Positions 12,859 to 26,419 of a stretch of DNA of 64,000 bases are shown piece by piece. The notes under the pieces were generated by a model. It saw only the letters and a list, made by a program, of their open reading frames with translations, did no database searches and was not told where the DNA came from. The DNA comes from Mobula hypostoma. Its lineage: Eukaryota. Position numbers and translations under genes: made by a program. Position 1 is the first letter of the stretch. Each line of letters begins with the position of its first letter. The stretch covers positions 69,194,001 to 69,258,000 of the forward strand of contig NC_086108.1 in the NCBI RefSeq assembly GCF_963921235.1. Reading direction: 5' to 3'.

Positions 12859-12948
12859 CTGGTAATCAAGGCACCATTGTAAAAAATGCAAGAGCAGAAG
12901 AGAGAAAAGAAATTATGAGTCAGATTAGAAACCAAAGTCCATGTCCAG
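12859..12948 (+). CDS. Gene 1 repeat exon D, 90 nt, phase 1-1: AGNQGTIVKNARAEERKEIMSQIRNQSPCP
   Basis: Acceptor tttcctatccag, donor CCAG|GTAAAG, open frame. Confidence 0.8.
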
Positions 12949-14626
12949 GTAAAGCAAAGCACTGATAAATCAACATTCTCAGAACTTTCACAGAACAGGA
13001 CAATCTGATTTTCCAGACCACTGTTATTCTCACATATTACACAGTAAATTTTGAAGTGAGTGTAATGGAATCAGGAAATATGCAAGCACTCTGGACCCCC
13101 CTTCTGGCTGTGTACTTGCTCATACTCTGTACATCCGGCTCACATTGCAAACGACTGAGTGAATCAGGTGCTAAACAATCAGGATTCCCAAACAATCAAA
13201 TACCATATTATCAAAGTTCAACTGTAACTCTTCTACATTATTCTATGGGTGGGACTGGGGTGTCATATTCCTATAAAGTGGTACGTATTGTGGTTTTCTG
13301 CAATGTGAAACCACTTCATCTGTGCGTATATCAAGAAAAAAAAGACATTTTGTGTTAACATTTTTTCCACACAATTTTCATGCAAACTTTTTTTAGATTT
13401 TTGGGTAGAGGTTTGCAAATTCTGCAAGGCCATACTTCCATAACCCAAATGGCCATCTGTCTGAACAATAATAAACTGTATAATATTATTGGATGTTTTG
13501 CTAATTGGTACTGCACATTTCATCAATTATGAAATTATGTGGCTTAAATAGTGGGTATAAATGTGTTCTAAAGTGGAGCAGCCAGATGAGATACAATAGA
13601 TTTTCACAAATTTGACCACATTTCTGTGTGGTTCTGATGTTAAATAGTACATGAAATTTGACTTTATATATCTGGGTATAAAACTATAATTATGTGAATG
13701 ACAAGGAGTTGCTCATTTCTAATCAGCTTAAGTTCCAGTAAAGTTATAAGACATTTGGACCCTTTACATTTTTTTAAATCCAAAAACTGACCAAATCTTA
13801 TGGTTTATGCAATGGCCTCAGTGGAAAAATCATAATTGGTACATAATTTTGAAACCACACTGACATGCACATTTTCTTGAGCAGTATCTTAGCCTCTAGT
13901 ACAAAACTGCTTGCTTTAACTTCTGTTGTTCCTTTTCAAACTATTGTACATGAAAATACAGTACTACCAGTTCAGGATTAATTATTGAGAGACTATACTC
14001 ACGAATAACTCTGTTCCATATAGTGATTCAGACAGCACATTGTTGATGTAGTACTTTCCATCATAAGGAATCTCAGTGTAAAGGCTCTGTAAACCTATTC
14101 CATGAAATGGATGTAAAAAAAGTAAAATAAGAAGAGGGAAGAGTTGGTAACAGATTTCTGTGAAAGGGTAGAAATTGACAGCAAAGGTGATGAACTTTAA
14201 GTCCTATGTGAGAGCAGGAACAAACCATTAATAGACCCAACACTGTAGCAGAGAAAGCGGTGAGGGAAGGAGCCAGTTTCACTTGTCCTACAAAAACCAC
14301 AGGCACACTGCATCCTTCCTTTAATTTGCTAAAAATGAGTGAAGTTAAAGAACAAGGTGTTCAATATGATAACAAGTTCAACCAGACACGGAATGGTGGT
14401 GGAGAGTAATGATTAGTTCTCTACCCAAAGAAGAAGTGAAGGACCCCCAGATCATCATTATGTGGGTAGAAGTATACAGACTCTGTAACATACATGTTGA
14501 AAAAGAACTGTATGGAATCAAGTAACTGGAAAATGGCAAACTAGAGGGTACCAAACTTTTTAAATCAACATTAAGTGGGCAGAGATTGGACAAAGGGGGA
14601 AAGAGTAGGCCAAGGTAAGCAGAAAT

Positions 14627-15725
14627 AATAAACACAAGAGGTTCTGCAGATGCTGCAAGTCTTGAGCAACACACACACAAAGGTACTCAGCAAGTCAGGA
14701 AGCATCTGTGGAGGGGAATAAACAGTCGACATTTCTGGTTAAGATCCTTCATCAGACCTGGAAAGGGAGGATAAGAAGGCAGGGAAGGAGAAGGAGTACA
14801 AGCTGGCAGGTGATAGGTGAGGCCAAGTGAGAAGAAGGTGGGGGGGTGGATGCAGTTAAAAAGCTGGGAAGTGATAGATGGAAGAGATGATGGGCTGACG
14901 AAGAAAGAATCTTATAAAAGATGACAGTGGACCATGGAAGATGGGGAAGGAGGGAAAGAGGGAGATGATAGACAAGTGAGGATAAGAGAAAGGGTGAAAA
15001 GGGAATAGAAAAAGAGAGAAGGAGGGAGAGGGAGAAATTACCAAAAGTTAGAGAAATCCGATGTTAAAGGCTACCCAGAAGGAGTGTGAAGTGTTGCTCC
15101 TCTAAGTTGAAATTGGCTTCATTGTGACAATAGAGGTGGCCATGGACAGACATGTCAGAATAGGAATGGGAAGTTGATTTGAAATGGGTGGCCACCAGGA
15201 GCTCCTGTCTTTTGTAGCAGACAGATTGAAGGTGCTCAATGAAGTGGTCCCCCAATCTGTCGTGTCTTACCAATGTAGAGGTGGCTGCATCGGGAGCACC
15301 ACATGCAGTAGATGACACTGACATACTTGCAGATGAAGTGTCACCTCACTTGGAAATACTGTTTGTGGCCATGAATAGTAGTAAGGGAGGAGGTGTAGCA
15401 CTTGTCACACTTGCAGGAATGTGCCAGGAGGGAGATCAGTGGGGAGGGACAAGTGGACAAGCGAGTCACGTAGAAGAAGGTCATGAAAGGAGGGGAGGAA
15501 AAGGTGTGCTTAGTGGTTGGATCCCATTGGAGATAACAGAAGTTATGAAGAATGACTGTAGGAGGATGGGGTGAGGGCAGGGAAATGGAGGAGATGCGGA
15601 TGAAAGCAACATCAATGATGGTGGAAGGGAAATCCTGTTCTTTGGGGGGGAAAAAGGAGAACATCTCAGATGCTTCAGAATGGGAGGCCAAATTCTGAGA
15701 ACAGGTGCAGTAGAGATGGAGGAAG
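14627..15725 (-). mobile_element. Penelope-like element 3' part (GIY-YIG region and terminal repeat)
   Basis: Reverse-strand similarity to the element at 25030-26100; hammerhead-like motif at 14723-14760. Confidence 0.8.
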
Positions 15726-16404
15726 AAATAAGTTCTGTTGAACAACATCAAGCTGAAACAATGAATGTACCAAAATGGTCCTGCGTATAATTTTGAGAAG
15801 ATAAAAGTGGGCTGTGTGTGCAGTTTGCACACTGAGAACAGAGACTAGGGAACTAAAATGACCAGAAGAAATGCGACTGGATGATACCTGTTGTTCAATG
15901 TAGGGTTATAGTCTTCCAATTGCAGTTCAGTTCCTATTATTGCATTCTTTATCTGAGTATGAGACTGAGTAAACGTTCCCTCCCCCCTTTATGGACAGAA
16001 AAATATTCAGTGTGGACAGAAACTAGAAAGTAAGATGATCTAAATGCTGCCATCAAGATACTACTGAAGTATTCCAATCATGTTTATGTTTATCTCAAAT
16101 GGCAGAAACACATTTCCTCTGGAAACACATGTAATGCATCCAATAAAATCATGTCTGAAGTACACAGGTTATTCAAAATGGGCAGCAATCTGAAGTATGA
16201 AACTATCCTGTAATTAGCACTTTTTTTAAAACAGAATTCTAAGAATAAGCATCAAAAATTCTAAAATCGTATGCATTTATTTAAAGTTAATAACTCAAAT
16301 CTATTTGCATAAGGTCTGTACTTGAATAAAAGAATCAAAAATACACTAATATTGTAATTGCATTTTCTTTATCATGTTTATAAATGAACCCCCCTTCCCT
16401 GTAG

Positions 16405-16479
16405 AAGAACTACAGAGTGAACAACCAATAGAAGGAAGAAGAACATCTTTATCAAGCATAAGATGTGTTCCATGTCCAG
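16405..16479 (+). CDS. Gene 1 repeat exon E, 75 nt, phase 1-1: EELQSEQPIEGRRTSLSSIRCVPCP
   Basis: Acceptor cccttccctgtag, donor CCAG|GTAGCT, EGRRxS motif shared with exon A. Confidence 0.8.
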
Positions 16480-16924
16480 GTAGCTTATCACCTTTTTACA
16501 CAGCCATCCGTGTGTTCATGCAGCACAAAATGCATTGTGCACTTTACTAATCTGATCGAGCAGCAGTTGAGTTGTATAATAATTTGGCTAGTAAATGCAA
16601 GTTCAAATATGTATAGTCACGTAAAGCACAGTCAGGATTGGGTGCAGTACATTTTTACAAACTGAAACTTTTGCCTTGTGCTTCTTAATTTTAGCAGTTT
16701 TAAAGCAGTTGTGTGAATTATTCAGCCCCTGGAGACATGAGAGGAAATGTTGATGTGTCTGCTTTTCAAGATATACAATAGTAATATGAACATTGACTCT
16801 GCAAAAATAGTTGAGTTCATGTAATGGAAAGTTTTAAAGTGCTACAATTTTCTTGTGGGCATTTAGACTCGGCTGGGTTTATAAATGTGGATAGTTGAAT
16901 GTACATTTTTATAGCTACAGAAGA

Positions 16925-18350
16925 ATATATGAAATAGAAACAAGAGTAGCCTACTTCTCCATTTCTCAAAGTTGTGAGCTTATTTTCCAGCATCATTTTC
17001 TGGCATAAATCCATCTTTCTTGGTACTTTGATGTTGGTCTCTCATTTGAATGAGCATGATAACTGAACCTCTATAGCCCGCCGATTAGAGAATTTCAAAG
17101 ACTTACCCTCTTTTGAAGAAGTGTTTTCCTGATCTGTCCTAAACAGTCACCCTTTAATCTGACACTCTTTGGTTCTGGACTCCTCGGCCAAAGGAAACAT
17201 CTTTCCTGTATGAAACCTGTTAAACTCTTCAAATTTTTCATATGTTTCCACCTCATTCATCCGATTCTAATCATTTTGGGAGTATACATTCTCAGACTAC
17301 CTCTTCTCAAACTCTTCTCGTACATCAACCCCCAACGCCACAGGAAGTAGTCTAATGAGTTGTCACTGCATCTTTGCACAGCAAATATATCTTTTAGCTA
17401 AAGAGATCAAAATTGTACATAATATTTTTAGTGCAGTTCACCAAGGGTCTATATAATTCAAACAGGATTTCCTTACTTCTATTTTCAATTGCTCTCATTA
17501 TAAATGCTGACATCCTATTTGTCCTCTCAGTTGCTTTCTGCACCTGCGGTTGGCAATTAGCACAACTGGGTCCCTTTTGAACATCACACTACCTAGTCTC
17601 TCATCTTCAACAAATGCTGTTTTACTGTTAGGTGCACTATTGTGGATCCTCTCACATTTCAGCACATAATATTCTAACTTCTATGTTCTTGCCCACTCAC
17701 TGGGCTTGCTTTAAGGCCTCTTCACATCCCCCTCTATTTTCACAGTCTCAACAGGTTTTGTATCATTGAAAGCTACTGGATATTGAAAGGCCTGAATCAA
17801 GTGGATGTGAAGAGAATGTTTCCATTAGTAGGGTGTCTAGGATTGAAGGGCACAGCTTCAGAACAAAGACCATCCCTTTCGAACTGAGATGAGGAGGAAA
17901 TTCTTTAACCAGAGGGTGGTAAGTCTATGGAATTCATGGCCTCCACGGACCTCTGTGGCAAAGTCTGTTGTATTTAAGGCAAAGGTTGATAGTTTCTTGA
18001 ATGATAAGGGACTTAATGGTTACAGGGAGAGGGCAGGACAAGAGATTTGAAAAAACTCAGCCATGATTGAACGGTGGAATAGACTTGGTGACTAAATAGC
18101 CTAATTCTGTTCTTACATCTTATGCTTTTAACAGCAAATTTGAAAATATGAGATTTGGTTCCTTCAGTCAAATTATTGATATAGATTGTGAAAAGCCAGG
18201 GCCTAATCATGGATCCCTGTTACACCAAACTTTCAACCTGATGGTTTTGTGTTAATCCATTCCATGTTGTATATCAAACCTGGAACAATGTGCTCTAACC
18301 TTGTTGACAACCTCCTGAGTCAGATCCTATCACATGTTTTTCAAAAATCC
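16925..18350 (-). mobile_element. Old CR1 fragments (minus strand) with a nested + strand CR1 3' end at ~17770-18125
   Basis: WLFTIYINNLTEG..FKFA RT motif and CR1 3' UTR similarity. Confidence 0.65.
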
Positions 18351-18679
18351 AAAAACCTACTGGCTCCATATCTACAAGTCATAACCAGGGCTCAGTTACC
18401 TCTCTGTGTTTGTCTTTTGCACATTGGTTGTTTGTCAGTCTTTGTCTGTTTATGTATAATTGTTCATTAAACTATTGTATTTCTTTTTTCCTGTAAATCC
18501 TTGCATGAAAATGAATCTTAAGGTAGTATATAGTAACATCTACATATTACTGCAATAGTAAATTTACTTTGAACATCTTCAAAGAACATTTGCGTAACGT
18601 AAGAATAATTCCAGAATTGATAGGACTTTGAAAGATAATAGCCAGAGGACTCACCATAACTAAAACCGCCTCTTTCAAG

Positions 18680-18949
18680 TATCATGTACCCCGTGACGGG
18701 TTAAAGAACCAGCAGAAATGGAAAACACTTTGGAGTCCGGTATTGCTATTAACTACAATATTTATTAGTAACTACACAATACAGTAATATAAATGCAGAT
18801 AAATCAAACAGGTTAGCAATGATTATATATAAGTAAGTGTGGAATATATAGGAAAACCAAGCTTCTTCAAGTCTAGGGGTAAATAGATACAGTTTTATGA
18901 TGATGAGTAAAGTTCAGTTCAGTTCGTGGTATTGAGTTGAGTAGTGATG

Positions 18950-18991
<42 letters not shown>

Positions 18992-19540
18992 TTTGAGTCT
19001 TCAGATGAGCTAATACCGTTGATCTTCTCGTTGTCCTCTGAAATCCTTTAAAAGTCACCTACTGTGACTTCAACAAAGGGGACCGTTTTGCTGTGGTGGA
19101 GCTATCAACCCAGGCAAGGGTTGACAACAGGGACAACTCCTCACCGGTCACTCCTTTTTCTCACTGCAAGAGCCACTGATCGATCCTCCAAAAACCCACT
19201 TTTTCTGTGGGCACTACAAAGCTCATTCAGTGTCCAAAAACATGTGCCTGAAGTCTATCATCTGACCTCCTATTTATCTCGCCGTACTGAGCATCAACTG
19301 TCTCTCAAATAACTCCTTTCTTCTCTGTCTGTGTAAGAGTGTATTAGCAGGCAAATTTCCTTGGAGAAATATAAGCACCTTGCCAAAAAAATCATAACAT
19401 CGATTGTCCATCAAATAACGCCGCCCTCGGTCACCATAGCGACTTACGAGCTGCTCAATGCTTTCTCTCTCCAACTCAGCAAAAAGTTAGTCTCAGTTCC
19501 TCCTCGTGCCTTAAAGTGACAGTCCAAAAGTTAGTCTTCA

Positions 19541-19571
<31 letters not shown>

Positions 19572-19617
19572 CTTTTCCAAACCACAGTTCATAAGGGTAA
19601 TTTAGGACCCTGTCACA
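18680..19617 (-). mobile_element. Solo LTR, ~940 bp
   Basis: Ends TATCA...TCACA, 4-bp TSD CAAG (18676-18679 / 19618-19621), minus-strand AATAAA at 18761-18766, GA/CT microsatellites. Confidence 0.7.
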
Positions 19618-19639
19618 CAAGTCACTGTTCAACGTTCAA

Positions 19640-21630
19640 AAAGTTCAAAGTAATTTTATTATTGAAGTACATATATTTCAAGTTCAAGTTTCACCATCAT
19701 TCAGCTATACCATGAAATACAGTCAAATGAAACCGCATTCCTCCAGGGACAAGATGTGAACCATAGTATAAACAGTCACATATAGCACACAATACGTATA
19801 GCACATATAATTACAATAGCAGGAAAAATATACAGTCATAAAAAATTAGCCCATGGCCTGTAAATTGATGGTGCATGGGATGTTGTCCTACAGCTATGTT
19901 TTTGCAAGACCAGCACACAGCAGTTCTCATTATGTGCTAGATGAGCTGCAGACAAATGCATTCCAGCTTGTCTTATACCAAGTGACAGGAGGGGTCAGCC
20001 TCCAGCCCACCAAGGACTCCAGCTTTCTCCCATGCCACCTGAAGTGTCTCCTCCCCTTGGGAGCTGGTGTGGATGACCCCATGCATGAGGGCCCAGTCCA
20101 TGCAACCACCAAGGCCACACAGCTCCCCTGCCGACGTATCAGTGAACCTAACTTGTAGTAGTCTACATCACCAAAGTCCAGCAGGGTCTTGTTACACAAA
20201 AAAAATCCAACACAGTCATGTGCGCAGTTTGTTGGACTACACATCACCTCTGACGCCTTCCCCCTTGGATGGCTCTAGCAGGCAACAACATGGAACACAA
20301 CTGCAGCTCCACCACCACCATTGAGCAGCTTGCCAGTGGGACAGACCTGCAGCACCTGATGTTCTCAATATCAGGCAGCAACTTGCAATCATGAAAAAGA
20401 TGCAAAGGATGCACAATTACATGTTTGTTTGGAGCCAGGGAGGCCGTTGTGACTGAGCACACCACCATCTTACCAGAAACTATAACCTACCCTGATATTC
20501 TTGTGGGCATTCACGGTAAATACAAAGAAGCACAATAGAATCAATGAAAGATGGACAAACAGCTAATGCACAAAAGACAACAAACTATAAATACAATTTT
20601 TTTAAAAATTAAAATAATAAATAAATGAGCAATAAATATTGAGAACATGAGATGAAGAGTACTTGAAATTGAATCCATAGGTGTGGGAATAGTTCAATGA
20701 TGGATAGTTAAAACTTGAGTGAAGTTTTCCCCTCTGGTTCAGGAGCCTGATGGTTGAGGGGTAATAATTGTTCCTGAACTTGGTGGTGTGGATCTTGAAG
20801 CTCCCGTACCTTTTTCCTGATGGCAGAGGTGAGAAGAGAACATGGCCTGGATGGTGGGGGTCCTTGATGATAGATGCTGCTTTCCTGTGACAGTGCTCCT
20901 TGTAGTTGTGCTCAATGGGGAGGGCTTTACCTGTGATGGACTGGACTGTATCCACTACTTTTTGTAGACTTTTCTGTTCAAAGACATTGGTGCCATCTGT
21001 CAGTATGCTCTCCAGCCCACACCTATAGAGGATTGTCCAAGTGTTAGATGACATGTCAAATCTCCACAAACTTCTGCAGTGCTTACTTCATAATGACACT
21101 TACATGCTGGACCCAGGACTGATCCTCTGAAATGATAACACCGAGGATTTTAAAGTTCTAGGGTTTAGTGAAGAGCCAATGAAATAGAGTCCAATATTAA
21201 CCTTCTCCACCTCTGATCTCCCAAAGAGGACTGGCTCATGGACCTCTGCTCTCCTCCTCCTGGTCAATAATCAGCTGCTTGGTCTTGCTGACATTGAGTG
21301 AGAGGCTGTTGTTGTGGCACCATTTAGTTAGATTTCCAATCTTCTTCCTATATGATGATTCATCACCGCCTTTGATACGGCCTACAACAGTGGTGTTGTT
21401 AGCCAACTTAAGAATGACACTGGAGCTGTCCTTAGCCTCTCAGTCATAAGTATACAGTGAGCAGAGCAAGGGGCTGGGCACACAGCCTTGTGCAACACAT
21501 GCTGATGGTGGATGAGATATTGTTGTCAATCTGGACTGAATGGGGTCTGCAGGTGAGAAATTCAAGGATCCAGTTGCACAAGGTGGCATTGAGACCAAGG
21601 TCTTGAACTTCATTGATTAGTTTTGAGTGC
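19640..21630 (-). mobile_element. Rex/Babar-like LINE with a nested non-autonomous element at ~19676-20475
   Basis: LCNWILEFLTCRP, ESILT and HPGHVLFSPLPSGKRY motifs. Confidence 0.85.
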
Positions 21631-22249
21631 AAGGGTGGCTATTTACATTCATCAACATATCCGCTAAAGCTAATCAATTCATCCAGCCAAAGCAAATTAT
21701 AAAATTGTTTATTTCCTAATAAAGCAAGCTTTAATATTTGGAAATGTTCTTGTGTTTATGTTTATAATTATTGTTATGTTAATGAACAGGAAATTAACTA
21801 AAAGCAAAACAGATCAGATTATGAGTTACAAGTATCAAAATATCAGTATTCTGAATAGAAGATCAAAGACTGAGTATAAGCAAAGCAGAAAAATTCTACA
21901 CTTCGAATTGTGACATTGAAGAAGAAAAATTCTAATTGATGAGTTCTGAATATACCATTTATAGGCACTTGCATTCATACAATGGCAAGTTTCCCATTGT
22001 AACAATTTACAAATTCTTATATTACCTGCCCACTAGGACTGTGCTTTATATGTTACATATTGGAAAGTTGAGAGGAGATGTGATAGATGTATATAAAATA
22101 AAAAGAGGTATAGAGAGTGTGGGCAAGCTGTAATATTAAAAGCAGTATAATATTAAAATTTTAAAAATGCTTCTGTGCAGAGGCATGACTGTGACAATGC
22201 AGGAGATGGAGGGTTTAGAAACACAATACTCAAAGTTTCCATATGAATT

Positions 22250-23350
22250 CTCGTTTCCACTCCAGTTTTGTGGGCTCCAGGGTGGCTGATGAGGCCAGTA
22301 TGGGAACACTGACACTTTCTGAGATGGGACAAAAGGTGCCTGACAGTGGGTTAATTATTTATAAATCTCTGTACTCCTTCCACTCCTTGCACTAGCTTCT
22401 GTGAGGTTCTCAACACCAATTTTGATGTTTTTTTCTCTGTATTGAGCAGTCATGGGATGAGAATATGAGAAGTCAAAGGAGTTGTTGTACTCTTCATGGA
22501 GGCATTGAGTATATCCTTGAGTCATTTTCTCTGCCCACCAGGTAATCTCCACCTGTGAGAGAGGTCAGAATAGTCTGGGCACACAGATGATTGGCCTGCC
22601 TAACCTGTAACTTCAATGCTGGGGCTAGTGGTCTCAGAGAGGACACTGATGTTGCTTTACTCTCCCTCCTGTGAATTCACAGGATTTTGCAGAGGGGATA
22701 TTTGTGGTGTCTTTTTAGTGCAGTAATATGCAGTCCCAATCACAGAAGCATGCAAGAAGATCGAGAATTTAGCTATCTAGTTGACCACAAGCTTTATGCC
22801 ATATCTGAGGACTTGATCTTCAAATATTCTTCTTCACAGTGATCACAAGCTGTGCTGGCACAATGAGGAATGGTAAGTTTCATCCAAGAAGTGGCTCCCG
22901 AAAGGTAGGAATTGCACAAGCTGCAATACCATTTACTTGTCCTCTGTTTAACAGACTACTTAATCTAGTATTTACCCATAAAACATAAAGGAAGCATCCT
23001 AGCAGAAAATTAATTGGACCACCTTTACATTCCTGAGAAAAATAGGCCAACATTACAACAACTGGCACAAAGGCACCTATGGAATTGAGGATATTAGCAA
23101 AAATAAATAATAAGACATGATTGGGAAGGATAGAAAGCATTCTTCTATATGGGCTATCTTAGTGAGCCCATATATCTGGTAACTTTGCCTACTATTGTAT
23201 GAATATTCCTTGCTCTGAATATTGATATGATGCTGACCTCTAATTGCAATGATTAGAATATCTGCTGTTATTAGTTTACTGGCCCATATTTTGAGACTGA
23301 CTGATTTATTTGCTCTGAACATCTCCTATGACTGCATGCTAAACCTCAAA
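22250..23350 (-). mobile_element. Highly degenerate RTE-like LINE fragment
   Basis: Weak resemblance to an RT C-terminus only; family uncertain. Confidence 0.35.
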
Positions 23351-23977
23351 ACTTATTTATAAGATCTTAATTGATCTGATATTGGTCCATTTTCATATTT
23401 TGTCTGTACCCTTCAACTTTGACTCCCTATAGACCAAAATTTCTAGCATACAACAGTAGTTTGCCCTTCTTTTCTTCCTACCAAGTGGAACCTCACTTTT
23501 CCATACACTACGCTCAATATGCTAAGTTTTTGTGAATGTTCTGAATCTGTCTATATCCCCATGCAAAATCTAGGAGCATAGAGATTTATCAAGATAAAGA
23601 TTATCTCTATATTTCACGTGTATTTCGAAATGTGTGGTGAAATGTGTCATATGCTTCTAATCAAATCAGTGAGCCCACAAGTGCCGCTACACTTCTGGTG
23701 TCACCGGGCATTCCCCTAACTCACTAACCTTAATCATATGCTTTTGGAATGTGGGAGGAAACTGTAATACCCAGAAAAATCTCCCTCTGTCATGGGGGAG
23801 ATACACAAAACACCTTACACCCAGAGGGTTGGGGGGGACGAAGAAGTGTAATCAAGCTCCTATCATTCAGCTGGTGCTGCCCCAACCGCGCACACGGTTT
23901 GTTCAGAGAGTAGAAAAAAAAGGTTGGCAATAAAAAGTTGTATTTTATACCAACTGATAAGTTGTTCTCTTTCTTAG

Positions 23978-24055
23978 ATAATCAACTGACCAAGGGAGCA
24001 GAGGAAGGTAGCCAAATATATTCAACATATGACCCATCTTTGGATTGCTGTTCAG
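23978..24055 (+). CDS. Gene 1 repeat exon F, 78 nt, phase 1-1: DNQLTKGAEEGSQIYSTYDPSLDCCS
   Basis: Acceptor ttctctttcttag, donor TCAG|GTACAC, xNQ start shared with exons B and D. Confidence 0.8.
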
Positions 24056-24114
24056 GTACACATTTGCCTCCCTACATACATGACACAATCATGCAGAACA
24101 TCATCTTTCCAATT

Positions 24115-24620
24115 AAGATCGAAAGTTCAAAGTAAATTGATTATCAAATTACATATATATGTCACTGTATACAACAGAGATTTGTTTTCCTGCAGACATG
24201 CACAGTATATCCAAGAAACACAATAGGATTAATGAAAACCACACCCAACAGAACAGACAAACTACAAACTGCAAATATAAAAGAGAAAAAAATCAAAAAT
24301 AAATATTAAGAACATGAGATAAAGAGCCCTTGAAAGTGAATGCATAGGTCGTGGGAATAGTTTGTGGTGGGGTATGTGAAGTGATCCCCTCTGGTTCAAG
24401 ATCCTGATGATTGAGGTGTAATTACTATTCCTGATCAAGGTGGTGTGGGTCCTGGAGCTCCTGCACCTTCTCCCAGGTGTCAGCGAGAAGAGAGCATGGC
24501 TTGGATGGTGGGGGTTCTTGATGACATGTTGTTTTCCTGCATCAACACTCTGTGTAGATGTGCTCAATGGTGGCGAGGGCTTTACCTGTGCTGGACTGGG
24601 CCATATCCACTACTTTTTGT
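24115..24620 (-). mobile_element. Rex/Babar-like LINE 3' fragment
   Basis: IKNPHHPSHALFS motif followed by a tail. Confidence 0.8.
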
Positions 24621-25029
24621 AGGGCTGCATATCTGTTTAACATTTGGTCAATTATAACACCATATTTTTACAACTTGCAAATATAAATGCATAGAAAATA
24701 TTAAACACATCTTGTGGTCTGTCAATGCATATTGGACCCTCTGTTGAACGTCTTAAGTTTTTAATAACTTACGGTTTCACTTGCAGTTTGCACTGCCAAT
24801 AGCACAAAGTATGAAAGTGTACACTTAGCATTATCTGGATGAAGTCTGATGACAGACAGTATTTCCTCAACGAGTTTGAATGGTGTCCAGCACTACAATT
24901 TGCACAATGTTCTTCCAGCTCCCAGTATTAATTGTGCCAAATATTTTCATCCACTTTTTGAGCTTCCATTTTTGTGAACTGGATCTTTTTGGCAAGGCAA
25001 ATGTTTATTCATCAACTCTGCTCTCAAAT

Positions 25030-26100
25030 GCATCTCTCCCATTTCACTCACATCTGCTCTCACCCCATCCTCCTAAAACCCCACTAGGAATAGGGTTCCC
25101 CTTGTCCTCACCTACCACCCCACCAGCCTCCGTGTCCAACATATAATTCTCTGTAACTTCCACCACCTCCAATGGGATCCCACCACCAAGCATGTCTTTC
25201 CCTCTCCCCCACTTTCTGCTTTCCACAGGGATCGCTCCCTACGCAACTCCCTTGTCCATTCGTCCCCTCCATCCCTCCCCACTGATCTCCCTCCTGGCAC
25301 TTATCCTTGTAAGCGGAACAAGTGCTACACATGCCCTTACACTTCCTCCCTTACCACCATTCAGGGCCCCAGACAGTCCTTCCAGGTGAGGCGACATTTC
25401 ACCTGTGAGTCAGCTGGGGTGATATACTGCATCCGGTGCTCCCAGTGCGGCCTTCTATATATTGGCAAGACCGGACGCAGACTGGGGGACCATTTCGCTG
25501 AACCCCTACGCTCTGTCCGCCAGAGAAAGTAAGATCTCCCAGTGGCCACACTTTTTAATTCCATGTCCCATTCCCATTCTGATATGTCCATCCACGGCCT
25601 ATTCTACTGTCAAGATGAAGCCACATTCAGGTTGGAGGAACAACACCTTATGTTCCATCTGGGTAGCCTCTAACCTGATGGCATGAATATTGACTTGTCT
25701 AACTTCTGTTAATGCCCCTCCTCCCCTTCACACCCCATCCCTTATTTATTTATTTAATATATTTTTTATTTTCCCCTTTTCTCTCTCTCTCTCTCTTTTC
25801 TCCCTCTGTCCCTCTCACTATAACACCTTGCCTGCTCTCCCCATCCCATGATCCTCTCCCTTCTCCAGTCTGGTATCCCTTTTGCCAATCAACTTTCCAG
25901 CTCTTAGATCCACCCCTCCCCTCCTGTCTTCTCCTACCATTTTGGATCTCCCCCTCCCCCTCCTACTTTCAAATCTCTTTCTATCTCTTCTTTCAGTTAG
26001 TCCTCACGAAGGGTCTTGGCCCGAAACGTCGACTGTACCGCTTCCTATAGATGCTGCCTGGCCTGCTGCGTTCCACCAGCATTTTTTGTGTGTGTTGTTT
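25030..26100 (+). mobile_element. Penelope-like element 3' part with GIY-YIG endonuclease remnant
   Basis: VIYCIRCSQCGLLYIGKTGRRLGDHF at ~25419-25496; terminal hammerhead-like motif. Confidence 0.9.
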
Positions 26101-26419
26101 ACAATTTTTATTTGCCCTTAAGAAGGTGATTATGAACCATCTTCTTGAGTGTCAATAGTCCTCTTGTGATGGTTAGTAAATTGTTCCAAGATTTGGATTG
26201 AGCAATGAAAAAGGAATTATAATATCTACAGAATCTAACTTGGATGAGAACTTATAGACAATGGTATTCCCACAGGCCCACTTCTCACTACTTTCCTGGT
26301 GGTTAAGCTTGTGGGGTTTGGATGTATCACTGGAATAGCTGAGGTGAGTAACTCACACAGGCGGCTTTGTACATGATGACGTTGTGCACAGTCAGTGCAG
26401 TGAGGATGGCTCCACAGAC

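Noticed and set aside
13056..13358. ORF with a signal-peptide-like N-terminus
   Set aside because: Intronic, no supporting promoter or splice structure; likely chance.
21790..21930. Purine-rich exon-like stretch (DQIMSYKYQNISILNRRSK...)
   Set aside because: No phase-1 donor, and the best-placed acceptor gives an immediate stop.
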